DNA of 63,990 nucleotides, the filler included, from Octopus bimaculoides (lineage: Eukaryota), in assembly GCF_001194135.2 (NCBI RefSeq). It is 6 parts of 5 records of this genome, joined end to end, with 100 filler letters (N's around TTAATTAATTAA, not from the genome) between each part and the next. Parts side by side here need not be neighbours in the genome. Positions count along the whole stretch, not along the records: positions 1 to 25,767 come from NC_068984.1; 5 more parts are not named here. The stretch is one strand, 5' to 3'. Position numbers and translations under genes: made by a program. Positions 1-12,379 of the stretch are shown here, piece by piece; within the stretch, counting starts at the first letter, position 1; every line of letters starts with the position of its first letter. The notes under the pieces are model-generated. The model saw only the letters and a program-made list of their open reading frames with translations, was not told where the DNA came from and did not search any database.

Positions 1-76
1 GCATACATACATACATTCATGCATACATACATGCATACATACATGTATACATTCATACATATATACATACATACAT
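1..76. repeat. (ATAC)n microsatellite
   Basis: Imperfect CATA/ATAC tandem run seen directly. Confidence 0.95.
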
Positions 77-184
77 ATGTTTTTCATCCTTTCGAGGTCG
101 ATAACATATAGTACAAGTCTATGCCGACAGGTTGCTAGATTAGTTAGAGGGACGGTGGAAGGGCTATACTACGGCATCTGTGCT

Positions 185-475
185 GCGGTGGCAGCGGTGG
201 CGACGATGATGGCAGTGATGATGATGATGAGGAGGAGGAGGAGTGGAATTGAGGAAGAGGAGGGAGAGGAAGAGGAGAAAGAAGTGGGGAAGGGTAGGAA
301 GAGGAGGAGGGTGAGGATAATGATTCGGGTGAGGATGGTGGGGATAATGATGATGATGATGATGATGATGACGCAACGATGATGACGGCAAGCGCTGACG
401 ACGCTGACGACGCTGACGACGCTGACGACGCTGACGACAATGATGAGGACAATCATCATTGTCATCGTCATCGTG
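185..475. repeat. Compound GAT/GAG/GAC trinucleotide tract including a 9-bp (GACGCTGAC)n run
   Basis: Seen directly; it explains the poly-M/E/S/H ORFs at 77-490. Confidence 0.9.
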
Positions 476-1310
476 AGTTCTCCTTGTCAACCCATAATCA
501 AGACACTCAATTGTTCACTTTTTGTGTTTTGAAATAACAGATACCGATCTATTCGTACCTTTTCTTTTTATTTAAACCGACCGTGTAGGACCTGAGGGGC
601 ATTTGCCTTCTCTTTCTAGCAGAGTAAGGACATCCTTACGCAAATCGAGCACCATTGTCGTCTCATGTGTATAGTAGGTTAATTAAGTTTATTATGTTTC
701 GTTTTTATTTATTATTATTTTTATCAGTCAACATGTAACAGAATACGGGTGTGTTAAAATAGATATGCATATAATTCCTTTCCGTCGATGATATTATTAG
801 TATTATCATTATTATTATCATTAGGGTGGGTGGTGAACGTAAAGAACCAGCAGAACAATGGATAAAAATGGATAAAAATGGATAAGGTATTTAATTACCT
901 CCCTTTACGAGGAAGCATAAATCCCTCTAGGGTCACCTTGATATTTAATCTTTCCGATATACGTAAACGTACCAGTCGAGTTGTGTGGTTTGATCTAATA
1001 ATCTACTATGTCACTACCACCTCGGTCTATGTTTGGAATCATTGGTATTAATAACAGGGCGGTGGTTTGGCGGAAATGGTAGAACTTTGTACACGGTGCC
1101 TTGTGGTATTAATTTACTTCAGTTCGTTTCCTTTCTGTTTATTTTTATTTTTGTTATTTGGATTTTTAATCCGGCCCTTCACACTTTCGTGAGCGGCAAA
1201 ATAACTATCGGTCGAGGCCTGCGAGAAAATTATTTCACTTCTTTCCGCATCAATATCACACCATCATCAGAAGCCGGAAAACTAATATAAACTTACTATT
1301 GTTGCTGTTG

Positions 1311-1357
<47 letters not shown>

Positions 1358-1372
1358 GTTATTATTATTATT

Positions 1373-1667
1373 GAGTGAGAGAGCAGCACATGTCATCAAA
1401 GTGACACTGGGGTGTACAAATATACGACGCCCAGTATATACATCATGATTACCTGTCTGATAAGGGTACACCAGGCACTTGTATCACAAGTATGTGAGTG
1501 ACATGGTGATCTCATATCAAGATAAACAGCGCATGAGCTTGCCGGTGGGACCCAGTTAGAACTTTCTGCAGGCCGAATAGCCCACTCTTCTCAAATGGTC
1601 CATGAATAAGAGTTATTTAATGATTTTGAAGAAATAATTCCAGAGGTAAATTATTCAAACCCCAAAG
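1373..1667 (+). mobile_element. Unclassified interspersed repeat (family E)
   Basis: Aligns by eye to the reverse complement of 55380-55585 (GATAAACAG.GCATGA...CCAGTTAGAA...TATTCAAAC.CCAAA) and partly to 21270-21335. Orientation is arbitrary. Confidence 0.7.
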
Positions 1668-1690
1668 AATTTTTTCTCAAGAGATGGATA

Positions 1691-1820
1691 TTCCATCGAG
1701 GTTGACTTTGCACATTTGGGGGTCGATAAAATAAGTACCAGCTGAGCACTGGGGTCGATGTAATCGACTCGCTCATTCCCGCTAAAATCCCAGGCCTTGT
1801 GGATATTGCAGAAAGGATCA
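1691..1820 (+). mobile_element. tRNA-derived SINE family A, 3' half
   Basis: Family core GGGGTCGATAAAATAAGTACCAG...CTGGGGTCGATGTAATCGACT, followed by (ATC)n. Confidence 0.8.
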
Positions 1821-1831
1821 TCGTCGTCGTG

Positions 1832-1888
<57 letters not shown>

Positions 1889-2135
1889 TTCATGATAATT
1901 GTTCTTTTTTACTCAGGTATTGTTGGAGTTTTGCATATGTAGGAGGCTTGCTGCCCGTAGGCTAACTGTTTTTCGTTTTTTTTTTTTTCTTCTTTTTTCA
2001 ACTATCTAATATTTTCCTGGTTATTCTGGCCGAAACAAAAAGATAATTTTTTGTAACAGTTCTGCTGGACTCTCTGTTCCGATTTCCTTTATATTTCTCC
2101 TGATGCCTTATGAACCCAAGAACACAAGAACCCAA

Positions 2136-2308
2136 GCTCGCCGGACGAAATGCTTAGCGCTATTTCGTCTGTTGGTATGTTCTGAGTTGAAATTCTGCCA
2201 TTCGGGTTCGATAAATTACGTACCAGTTGAATATTGGGGTCAATGTAATCGACTACACCGTCCCAAATTTCAGGCCTTTTACCTATAATAGAATGGATTA
2301 TTATTATT
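2136..2308 (+). mobile_element. SINE family A, decayed
   Basis: CGAAATGCTTAGC...TTCTGAGTTGAAATT B-box region, family core and GGATTATTATT tail. Confidence 0.75.
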
Positions 2309-2310
2309 CC

Positions 2311-3612
2311 TTCGTAACACACTGTGGTTAAAAATGCGCTGGAGTCTTTAGTCATCTGTCAAGTCACAACAAGGATCTCAGACAGAAAATACTTTCCTTA
2401 AGAGGTGCGCTGTACTCAATAAGGCCGCTTTCTGCAAGACATCAAACTTGCATGGGATTTGCAGTTGCCTTAAGAAGTTTTGAAGTTTCAATGGGATTGA
2501 GCCCAACGCTTCGATCATCACTGGTATCACTTTTACATTACCCTCTCGCATTCCATAGTCTTGCCATTTCCACTTTCAATTTGGAGTACTTAGTGATTTT
2601 TTCAACTTCTTTACTCACAATATTCATGTCATTTGGTTGGCTACATCAAAGATCTAACAGTATTTGTCACTCTTATTCAATATGACAATATCCGGCTGAC
2701 AGTGTTCGATTACACGATCCGTCTGAAAACCATAGTCCCAGATCATAGTTACTTTTCCATCTTCCTGCATAACTTTACTTGTTACATGCTCATACCAGTT
2801 CTCTGTTACTTCATATTGATTATTACGGCATAAGAGCCAATGAAGATACGCACACACGTTATCGTGGCCACGCTTGTATTCTTTTTTATCAAGGCTCTCA
2901 CATCCACTTACCAAGTGGGTCACATTTTCCACACTCTTTTCGCAGAGTCTTTATTTCTGGGTGTCAGAAGTTTTATAGATGTTATACTTCACTGACTTGG
3001 TAGCGAGAGCGTGGTTATTCGAAACCATATCCACGATGCTGTATTATCCTTAAGTCCTGTGTATTCCTTTCAAACTATCCATGCATTCTCATTTCAAGAA
3101 GGTCTTCTTTTCTCTTCTTCTCAGCTCTTTGGTTAAACTCTTCCTCGCCCATCATTTCAGCTGCATTTACACCCATATCCTTCGCGGCATATTGCAGCAT
3201 GTCTTCATCACTATTTATCAAATACTCGGCAAGCGTTCTCCTTTCACTCTTTATACAATGGTCTATACTAATTAGTCCTCTGCCACAATTCTTTCTTTTC
3301 ATATACGTTCTGTTTACGTTTGCTTTAGGGTATAGCGCCCCATGCAGCGTCATCAACTTTTTCGTCCTTCTATCCAGTGTTGATATTTCCTCATTAGTCC
3401 ATTTGAGGATGGACACATTATATCTGACCACCGCAATTGCCCAGATATTCATTTAAGTCATCAAATTTTTGGCATTCGGTTTGGATTTCAACACCATCTT
3501 CACCCTTTTTTGATACGTCTCACTGACCTTGACTTTTGCATGTCTTTCGCACATGTTTTACTGTGATATCGTGCATGGGAGAAAAGTGGCTGCCCTTGTA
3601 GCAAAATTTGAA
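2311..3612 (-). mobile_element. 5'-truncated R4/Dong-type non-LTR retrotransposon (RT thumb, zinc knuckle, RLE), disrupted
   Basis: Translations INIWAI.VVRY..ILKWT, LDRRT.KLMT.HGALYPKA, GRGLISI, then HLVSGC, KRGHDNV..YLHW and IWDYGFQTD...QPDIVI; the order and motifs of an R4-clade ORF. Confidence 0.9.
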
Positions 3613-3712
3613 ACTATTATTATTATTGTTATAGTTGTTGTTGTTGTTGTTGTTGTTATTATTATTATTTTTATTATTATTATTATTAGTAGTAGTAGTA
3701 GTAGTAGTAGTT

Positions 3713-5430
3713 AAGGTGGTGAGCTGGCAGAATCGTTAGTAAGCCTGAAAAATGCTTAGCTGTATTTCGTCCGTCACCACCTTCTGAGTTCAAATTCCGC
3801 CGAGGTCGACTTTGCATTTCATCCTCTCGGCGTCGATCGATAAATTAAGTACCAATCAAGTACTAGGGTCGATGTGATCGACTTACCCCCTCCTCCAAAA
3901 TTTCACATCTTGTGCCCATAATAGAAAGGATTATTTCATCTGTTAAATGCTGTGAGCTGGCGAAATCGTTAGCGCGCCGGACAAAATGCTTAGCGGCATT
4001 ACGTCCGTTTTTACGTTCTGAGCTCAAATTCCGCTGAGGTCAAGATCGATTTTACCTTTCATCCTTTTGGAGTCGATAAGGTAGGCACTAGGGACGACGT
4101 AATCGACTTATCCCCTCCCGCTAACTTACCAAATCCACTCAGAAGACGTTTTCGGCCCGAGACTATAGTAGAAGACACTTGCCTAAGGTGCAACGCTGTG
4201 GGAGTGAACCCAGAACCATGTGTTTGGGGAGTAAGCTTCTTACCAGACAGCCACGACTGCGCCTGATATTTCCTTTTTTCCTTTATTATATTTGTTTTCG
4301 CTATTCGATTTTGCAAATTGACTAACTCCAAAAAGAGTATAGTTTGCAGAATCTTCATTCACACTATAGTATCGAATGTCGACCATATAAGAATATACGT
4401 TAAATCGTTTCAGTAACAAGGATAGTGGTAAGTATATGTAATAATATATCATTTGCTGATTATGTTTTTGCGTGTTGTTGTGTCATATTGGTTTTAAAAT
4501 TTGGCTCAAAGCCAGCAATTTCGAGTGAGGGACTTATTACATCGACCCCAGTCCTCACCTGGTACTTATTTTATCGACTCCGAAAGGTTGAAAGACAAAG
4601 TCGACCTCGGTGAAATTTGAAATTAGACTGTAAAGACGGATGAAATGCCGCTAAGTACTTTTCCCAGCGCGTTAACGATTTTGCCAGCTCCTTGTCCTAC
4701 TGTGTCATTACATTGAGCGTTAATAAAGCTGCGAGCTGGTTGAATCGTTAACACGCCGGGTAAAATGCTTAGCGGTATTTCATCCATCTTTTCTGAATTC
4801 TGAGTTCAAATTCTGTCGAGGTCGACTTTGCTTTTCATCCTTTAGGGGTCGATTCTATAAAATAAGTACCAGTTGAGTATTGGGGTCGCTGTATTTAACT
4901 TCAAGTCTTGTTCCTTTAGTAGAAAGGATTATTTATATTGGTTGTTAATTATAATGCCTTGTCAGAAGGCGATCCGGCAGAATTGTTAGCATGGCGGAGA
5001 AAATGCTTGGCAGTATTGGCAGCATTTTTTTCCGCCTCTTTACATTGTGGGTTCACATCGCAATAGGTCAACATCGCTTTTCGTCCTTTCAGGTACAATA
5101 AAATAAAGTACTAGTTGAACAATGGCATTAGTGTAATAGCCTTTGCCTCCTCCCCTCAAATTCCTAACCTTTATCGGTATTAAGAAAGAATTATTTCGAG
5201 ACTATCAAATAATTACAGTAGTGAGCAAGCATAATCGTTATCGCACCAGACAAAATGCTTAACGGAATTTCTTCAGGTTCGTTACGTTCTCAATTGAAAT
5301 GTCGCCCAAGGTCAACTTTGCCTTTCATCCTTTCGGAATCCGTAAAATAAGTACCAGTCGAGGAATGCGGTCGATGTCATTGATTTCTCTCTTCCTTCAA
5401 AATTGCTGGTTTTGTGTCAAAATTAGAATG
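3713..5430. mobile_element. Cluster of six family A SINEs plus one family D fragment
   Basis: A copies at about 3713-3935(+), 3946-4130(+), 4490-4694(-), 4725-4933(+), 4966-5195(+) and 5218-5428(+); D head at 4131-4263(-). A heads carry A-box-like (TGGCAGAATCGTT) and B-box-like (GAGTTCAAATTCC) motifs. Confidence 0.85.
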
Positions 5431-5639
5431 AGTTCTACAGGTAATGTGTAATATGTACTGCTTTGAGTTGTGATATTGAAATGAAAATGTAGAATGTGAG
5501 CTCGCTTGGACACTGAATCACTGCTCGGTACTGATCAAGCGACCGTGGCCATTTCATAATACATCACATCGAGAAACATACTGATTGCTGTGGTTTTTCT
5601 TTGTAAGACAGTGAAGTGTAATTCTGAGGGAAATTTGAT

Positions 5640-5655
5640 GGCAGTAGTTGTTGTT

Positions 5656-5688
<33 letters not shown>

Positions 5689-5835
5689 ATAGTAGTAGTA
5701 GCGGCAGAAGCATTACCACCACCACCAATAGTAATATTAGCAGCAGCAGCAGCAACAGTTCTAGTAGTAGTAGTAGTAGTAGCAGTAGTAGTAGTACTAG
5801 TAGTTGTTGTTGTTGTTGTTGTTGTTGTTGTTGCT

Positions 5836-5899
<64 letters not shown>

Positions 5900-5923
5900 C
5901 AGCAGCAGCAGCAGCAGCAGTAA

Positions 5924-6006
<83 letters not shown>

Positions 6007-6020
6007 ATAGCAGCAGCAGC

Positions 6021-6051
<31 letters not shown>

Positions 6052-6074
6052 ATAGCAGCAGCAGTAGCAGTAGC

Positions 6075-6113
<39 letters not shown>

Positions 6114-6140
6114 GTTGTTGGTGGTGGTGGTGGTTGTGGT
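5640..6140. repeat. 500-bp compound (GTA/GCA/GTT/GTG)n microsatellite
   Basis: Seen directly; source of the poly-T/V/A/Y ORFs. Confidence 0.95.
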
Positions 6141-6334
6141 GATAGAAAAACGGGAGCAAGAACAACGATAAGTAAAAAAAATCATGGCTGCACTGTCTCT
6201 CCAAAGACGTATATCTCAGGATATGCTGGAAAGGAGGCAAGCGTTCTTGCTAAATTTCATTGCGAAAAGTTAAAGTTGAAAAAAATTATAAAAACAAATA
6301 TTACAAAATAAAATAAAAGGTAACAAGCGCAGTA

Positions 6335-6686
6335 ATAGCAGGAGCAATATGAGCAGCAGCAGCAGCAGCAGCGGTAGCAGCAGTAGCAGCAGCAGCAGTG
6401 GCAGCAGCAGATGCCACATCATCTAGTGCAAAAAAACTCTTTGACGTGATCTTTAGATCTTTATGTTACGCTTCGGCACTTCTATAAACCAGATTAGAGT
6501 AAATAGAGGAAAAGAAGAAGAAAAAAAAAGAAGGAAAAAAGTGGATGGGAGGAGGAAAAGAAGAAGAAGAAGAAGAAGAAGAAGAAGAAGAAGAAGAAGA
6601 AGAAGAAGAAGATTATATGAAATTGGAAAGTGATTGGCTGGGGAAGGAAAAGAAGATACAGGGCATATGTGTGTGTGTGTGTATGT

Positions 6687-6718
<32 letters not shown>

Positions 6719-6807
6719 TTAGTAATCGTAAGTAAAATCATTATATTTATATGTATGTATTTACGTGTATATGTGTATATGTGTATATGTGTATATGTAT
6801 ATATAAA

Positions 6808-6842
<35 letters not shown>

Positions 6843-6877
6843 GCACACATACATATACACACGTTCACAGACAGACT

Positions 6878-6920
<43 letters not shown>
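6335..6920. repeat. Microsatellite cluster: (GCA)n, (AAG)n, (GT)n, (AT)n, (GATA)n
   Basis: Seen directly. Confidence 0.9.
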
Positions 6921-7497
6921 GAACAGGCGGATGTATAGATAGTTAAACAGATAAACGTGGAGGAAAACAAACTGGGGAGAGACAGAGAGAGGAGTAGAGA
7001 AAGAGAGCCAGAGAGAAAAAGAAGAAGGAAAAAAAGTAAAAAGAAAAGTTATAGCGAGACGGTAAATGAGATTAAGGAAACAACAGGGCGGGGAGAGAAA
7101 TGGCTTAAAACAATAAGAGTGAGAGAGAGGGGGGAGGGAGAGAAAGAAAGTGAGATTATTAATAAAAAAAAGGAAAAATTGAAAAATTAATAATATAAAA
7201 TTACTCCAAGGAACTTACAGAAAAATAAGCAAAGGAGTTTGAAAAATTAAAAAAGATGAAAGCAAAATATCGGTTTGATGATAAACAGAAGGAATCCATA
7301 ACGAAGGATGGGAAAAACAGGATATATATTTAATATTTCATTGTTATATATATTTTCACTATTTAGTCTTATGAAAATTTATTACCTAGATGACGAGTAG
7401 CTTTTGCAAGATTTTCCCTCATCATTGTGTATTTTGGTTCTGTTTATCCACACTTAAAGGTGGATGTTCTATTGGAACAAACAATACTGCGGTAGTT

Positions 7498-7925
7498 GTT
7501 GTTGGCACTCCGTTGCTTACGACGTTGAAGGTTCCAGTTGTTCCGATCAACGGAACAGCCTGCTCATGAAATTAACGTGCAAGTGGCTGAGCACTCCACA
7601 GACACGTGTACCCTTAACGTAGTTCTCGGGGATATTCAGCGTGACACAGTGTGACAAGGCTGACCCTTTGAATTACAGGCACAACAGAAACAGGAAGTAA
7701 GAGTGAGAGAAAGTTGTGGTGAAAGAGTACAGCAGGGTTCGCCACCATCCCCTGGCGGAGCCTCGTGGAGCTTNNNNNNNNNNGAGTACAGCAGGGTTCG
7801 CCACCATCCCCTGGCGGAGCCTCGTGGAGCTTTAGGTCTTTTCGCTCAATAAACACTCACAACGCCCGGTCTGGGAATCGAAACCGCGATCCGCTGCTCT
7901 AACCACTGGGCCATTGCACCTCCAC
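7498..7925 (-). mobile_element. tRNA-derived SINE family C, near full length
   Basis: Head with TGGCCCAGTGG A box and GGTTTCGATTCC B box; 13-bp TSD TACTGCGGTAGTT at 7485-7497 and 7926-7938. Confidence 0.92.
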
Positions 7926-7939
7926 TACTGCGGTAGTTA

Positions 7940-8800
7940 CGATGAGAGATATTCTCATACCGGTTTCCGTTGCAAAATGTACTCTCGCTTATATCGCCAG
8001 CGGGAAGATAAACCCCTGTGACTTCCAGCGCCGAGACCACCAGACACGTGATTTCGGTTTTTCATGACCTTGTCAATGATGGACGCCCGACTGCTAGAGA
8101 TAGCAGCGATTCATTTCTGCTAGCGATGTATGGAAAAACACTGCCAGAACAGGTGCTGGTCTCGCGATTAGCTAGTGAGCTTGTTAAAAACTATATAAAA
8201 AGGGACAGAGGCAGTATCAATACCGAGAGTTAATATTTATCCCCACTTAAACGTGGATGCTCTGTTAAAATAAACATTACTTGCCATGACAGAAACTCTC
8301 ATAGTCGTTTTCGGTGCAAAATGCACTCCCGTTTATATTGCTTGCGGGGAGTTAATCCTTCGCCACTTCCAGCGCCGAGACCACCACATCTCGTGATTTC
8401 GACCTGCCTTGGTTGTGTCAATGATGGACATTCGACCGCTAGAGATAGCAGCGATTCATCTCCGCCAACGATTTATGAAAAAACACAGCCAGAACAGGTG
8501 CTGGTGCCGTGTTTAGCCAGTGAGCTTGTTAAAAATAAACATTAGTTACAGAGGCAGTAGCAATATTGAGAGGTAATATTTATCTCCACTCAGAACAAAC
8601 GATACTTTGGTTAGAACAAACAATAGACCTGTTTTCAGTGCAAAGCCTACACTTGTTCATCTCACTAGCGGGGAGATAAATCGCAGCCACCTCCAACGTC
8701 GAGACCACCAGATCACATGATTTTGGTCTTCCATGGCCTTATCAATGATGGACGCCCGACTGCTCGAGAACGCTGCAGTTCATCACCGCCAGCGAGATGT
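7940..8800. repeat. Diverged tandem repeat, about 2.5 units, periods 344 and 324 bp
   Basis: Anchors TGCAAA (7971, 8315, 8639), GAGACCACCA and TCAATGATGGAC recur in register. Confidence 0.85.
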
Positions 8801-9390
8801 TAATGTTATACTTGATATTGTTTATGATGTAGTAATTACATTGTCCGGACTATGACTTTAAACAGCATATGTCTTTGAATTGCATAAATTGTGGGGCCCT
8901 GGTTAAGGATTTCCATGGTTTTGAGGAGTGTGGAACCACCATCATTGTTCCAAGATGTATTCTGACCTGGAGTAGTAGCAATTGTCAGAGTCCCTGCTAT
9001 GGATTAATAAGCGTATTAGGGCTTACTTGCCTACGCATGTGAAGACCGGAGCCGACAGACTCTGCGGAAGAAACCTTCATGGTTCAAAAGAGGGGAAGGC
9101 GACCGCAGCAAAGCATTGTAAAGCAAGAAGGGGGGTAAACATTTTGGTCATCTACTGTATGTCTCTATCCCAAGTTGTCTTGATTTGCTCTTCCCAGTGG
9201 ATTAAAAATGGTAATAGGCGAAAGAGTGAGATTGATGGTGCGCTACTCTGCCTTTACTTTAAATAAAGTCACAACACCAAGTAATAAGTCATCCTTAAGG
9301 TTAACTAGGTGGTCCTCGTCGCTTCGATGAACATACAGATTTCAAGTAATTTTGTAGAATCATTGAGACAGAATATTGAATAGACGAAAT

Positions 9391-9490
9391 GCAAAGTCGA
9401 CCTCGGAGGAAATTGAACTTAGAACATAAAGACGGACGAAATACTGCTAAGCATTTTCCCCTGTGTGGTAACTATTCGGCCGGCTCACCG
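9391..9490 (-). mobile_element. SINE family A, 5' fragment
   Basis: Reverse complement of the family A head and B-box region. Confidence 0.7.
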
Positions 9491-9689
9491 TCTTAGGGAC
9501 ATATAGAATATTGACGTCTGAATGTTTAAAATGTTTTTAACGGTCTTTACTAAATGGTAAGAGTTTGTAAAATAAAGTAATGCAGTTCCTTGTTTCTTCT
9601 TACTTTCTTGACATCATTATAACTTCGATGCCTTCGTTTCCTGTTTTTTTCTTCTTTTTTTTGCCTGGGAAGAGATTGTTACCTGGCTA

Positions 9690-10105
9690 TAGGAGCATAC
9701 GTGGTTGTGTGCTAATAAGCTTACTTTCCAACAATATGGACTTGGATTCAGTCCCACTGCGCGGCACTTTGGGCAAGTGTCTCCTACTTTATCCGAACCG
9801 ATCAAACCCTTAGAGAGTAGATTTGGTAAACGGAAACTGAAAGAACCCTGTCGTGTATATTTGTTTGTGTGTGCGTGTATGTATCTTATGTGTGTATGTG
9901 TGTATCTTTGTATTCGTGTTTGTCCCGACTACCGCTTGAAAGTCATGTTGGTTTGTTAACGTCTTTGTAACGTAGAGGCTCAGTAAAAGAGACCGATAGA
10001 ATAAGTACCAGGCTTACAAATAAATACTGGGGTCGATTTGTTCGACTACATCGTATAAGGTAGACGCTAGCATGGCTGCAGTCTAATAAATAAGCAAGAG
10101 ATAAA
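9690..10105 (+). mobile_element. SINE family D (tRNA head, CORE-like TTGGGCAAGTGTC segment, internal TG tract)
   Basis: GGATTCAGTCCC B-box-like motif, GGCACTTTGGGCAAGTGTC and GGTAAACGGAAACTGAAAGAA; homologous to copies at 50390, 58100 and 59035. Confidence 0.8.
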
Positions 10106-10141
10106 CGATGGAAGACCGTATCTTGTTAGCTACAATATAAC

Positions 10142-10180
<39 letters not shown>

Positions 10181-10181
10181 A

Positions 10182-10226
<45 letters not shown>

Positions 10227-10284
10227 GGGGCGGAGAGAAATCAGAGTGGGAAATAATAATCCAAATATTTGAGCGTTGCTTTGT

Positions 10285-10417
10285 TTATCGACCCCCAAAG
10301 GATGAAAGGCAAAAGTGACCTCGCTGGAATTTGAACGCAAAGCACAGGAAGACTTAACAATCAGCACAATGCTTTCTATCCGCCACTGTAATAATGTCTT
10401 CACCAATTCGCTGCCAC
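10285..10417 (-). mobile_element. SINE with family A core and a variant head
   Basis: TTATCGACCCC.AAAGGATGAAAGGC core on the minus strand. Confidence 0.6.
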
Positions 10418-11790
10418 ATAATGTAACCCACTGAAGTGTAACACATGCAAGAGAACCCTTTTAGGAGCAAAACTGTGCATTTTTATTATTTTTTATCGTG
10501 TTTCTAGGTATGAGTCAAATCTTGAAGCATTCTTAATTGTATTTGATTAGTTTAGCTCTTTGCCAAAAGGATATCACTTAACTTTTCTTAAACCTCCAAC
10601 CATCCACTTGTCAATTCCGACAAAACTCTTTCAGACAAACCTGTCACATCCGATGCCAGTTTTGACTCGCATGGCTTTCCGCAAACATAAAAACGCCACC
10701 AATTCGCTCACTTCATATTTCTGTGCTCACTGAAGTCAAATACGACAGATTCTTTAGTGGCTAAGGCGATCGGTAGGGTCTGTCAACATTCCAGAAAACA
10801 CTTTGAAATGGTATGCATTACACAGATGGTCTCACACCTCAGCAAAACATTCAATTTCTTTTTGCGTGCCTGAATCTTTCTACTCTCTCTTACATCGCCC
10901 ACCCATTCTTTTACCCTCTCTCTCTCTCTCTCTCTCTATATATNNNNNNNNNNNNNNNNNNNNNNNNNNNNNNNNNNNNNNNNNNNNNNNNNNNNNNNNN
11001 NNNNNNNNNNNNNNNNNNNNNNNNNNNNNNNNNNNNNNNNNNNNNNNNNNNNNNNNNNNNNNNNNNNNNNNNNNNNNNNNNNNNNNNNNNNNNNNNNNNN
11101 NNNNNNNNNNNNNNNNNNNNNNNNNNNNNNNNNNNNNNNNNNNNNNNNNNNNNNNNNNNNNNNNNNNNNNNNNNNNNNNNNNNNNNNNNNNNNNNNNNNN
11201 NNNNNNNNNNNNNNNNNNNNNNNNNNNNNNNNNNNNNNNNNNNNNNNNNNNNNNNNNNNNNNNNNNNNNNNNNNNNNNNNNNNNNNNNNNNNNNNNNNNN
11301 NNNNNNNNNNNNNNNNNNNNNNNNNNNNNNNNNNNNNNNNNNATATATATATACACGCGCGCGCGCACGCACACGTACACATATACATACCTATATTTCT
11401 CTATTTTTAACGTGAAATAAGAAAACCACCTCATACTAAGTAAAAAAAAAATTGTGACGGTTATAACCCCGTCAACTACTATTCTCAAATCCCTCAAGGT
11501 ATTCTATTGCAACTTATTCTTCCCAACTCTACCACGCAACCATCTGCCTGGCTGCGCACCACGCCGATCACTGCCATGAGATCTTTAACAAAACTGTTAT
11601 TTATTAAGAATCTACTGACAAAGCTTTTCCATCTTTCAGCTTTATTCGACTAAAGCATTATACACGAACTTCACGGCTAAAGTAACTTAGCATCGTAGTG
11701 TCGTTCGATGACGTTACTATATACCTATACAAAACAGAACATGATGCGGTTTCATCTCTTTGAACAATATTAAACTGAAGCCACCGCTTA

Positions 11791-11992
11791 TATATAGGTG
11801 CATATCTAGGTACAGGACATTGCAAACAAAACGTAGACATGAAAATAATAATAACCAGAGTACAGAAAACACACAAGCCACATAGAGAACATTTACCTTC
11901 ATCAGCCACCCCCGTTTTAACACCGGCGTTTCGAAGAGTTGGGCAGGACGCATCGTTAAAACGGCTCTTCCCATGGACCGCAAATTAAATTG
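11791..11992. repeat. About 200-bp structured repeat, with direct copies at 13566-13720 and 14321-14404
   Basis: Near-identical sequence at the three sites; the second and third copies run into N gaps. The minus strand carries GAAAC and CTGATGA words, so it may be Penelope-derived. Confidence 0.75.
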
Positions 11993-12379
11993 TTTCTTAC
12001 AAGTTATAGGCTATAATTTCCCTCAGCAACTTATTTTTGTTTACATTGGCAAGACATACTCAAAGAATTCTGTTCATTAATCAACATAAGAAATATTTAA
12101 CAGTACCAAGAGAGGATGGCCTTTCATGCAGACATACATACATACATATGTACGTACGTACATACATACATACATACATACATTCATACATACATGTGCA
12201 GACTATATACTCACGGATAGATGCATGCATATATACATATGTACGCATGGGAGTAAATGCTTAACGTATGTATTAAGCATTGATATCGTAATTTACTGTT
12301 TGACTCACCCAATTCATTAGCTAAGTAAACATATGCACAAATACACACATGCACGTACACACACGCACACACAAACACA

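Noticed and set aside
7725-7832. About 50-bp direct duplication inside the family C SINE
   Set aside because: It brackets a 10-N gap, as expected for unmerged overlapping contig ends.
11912-11970. Assignment of the pseudoknot as an HDV-like ribozyme
   Set aside because: P1/P2 topology fits, but P3, P1.1 and the J4/2 catalytic C context do not; kept only as an unclassified structure.
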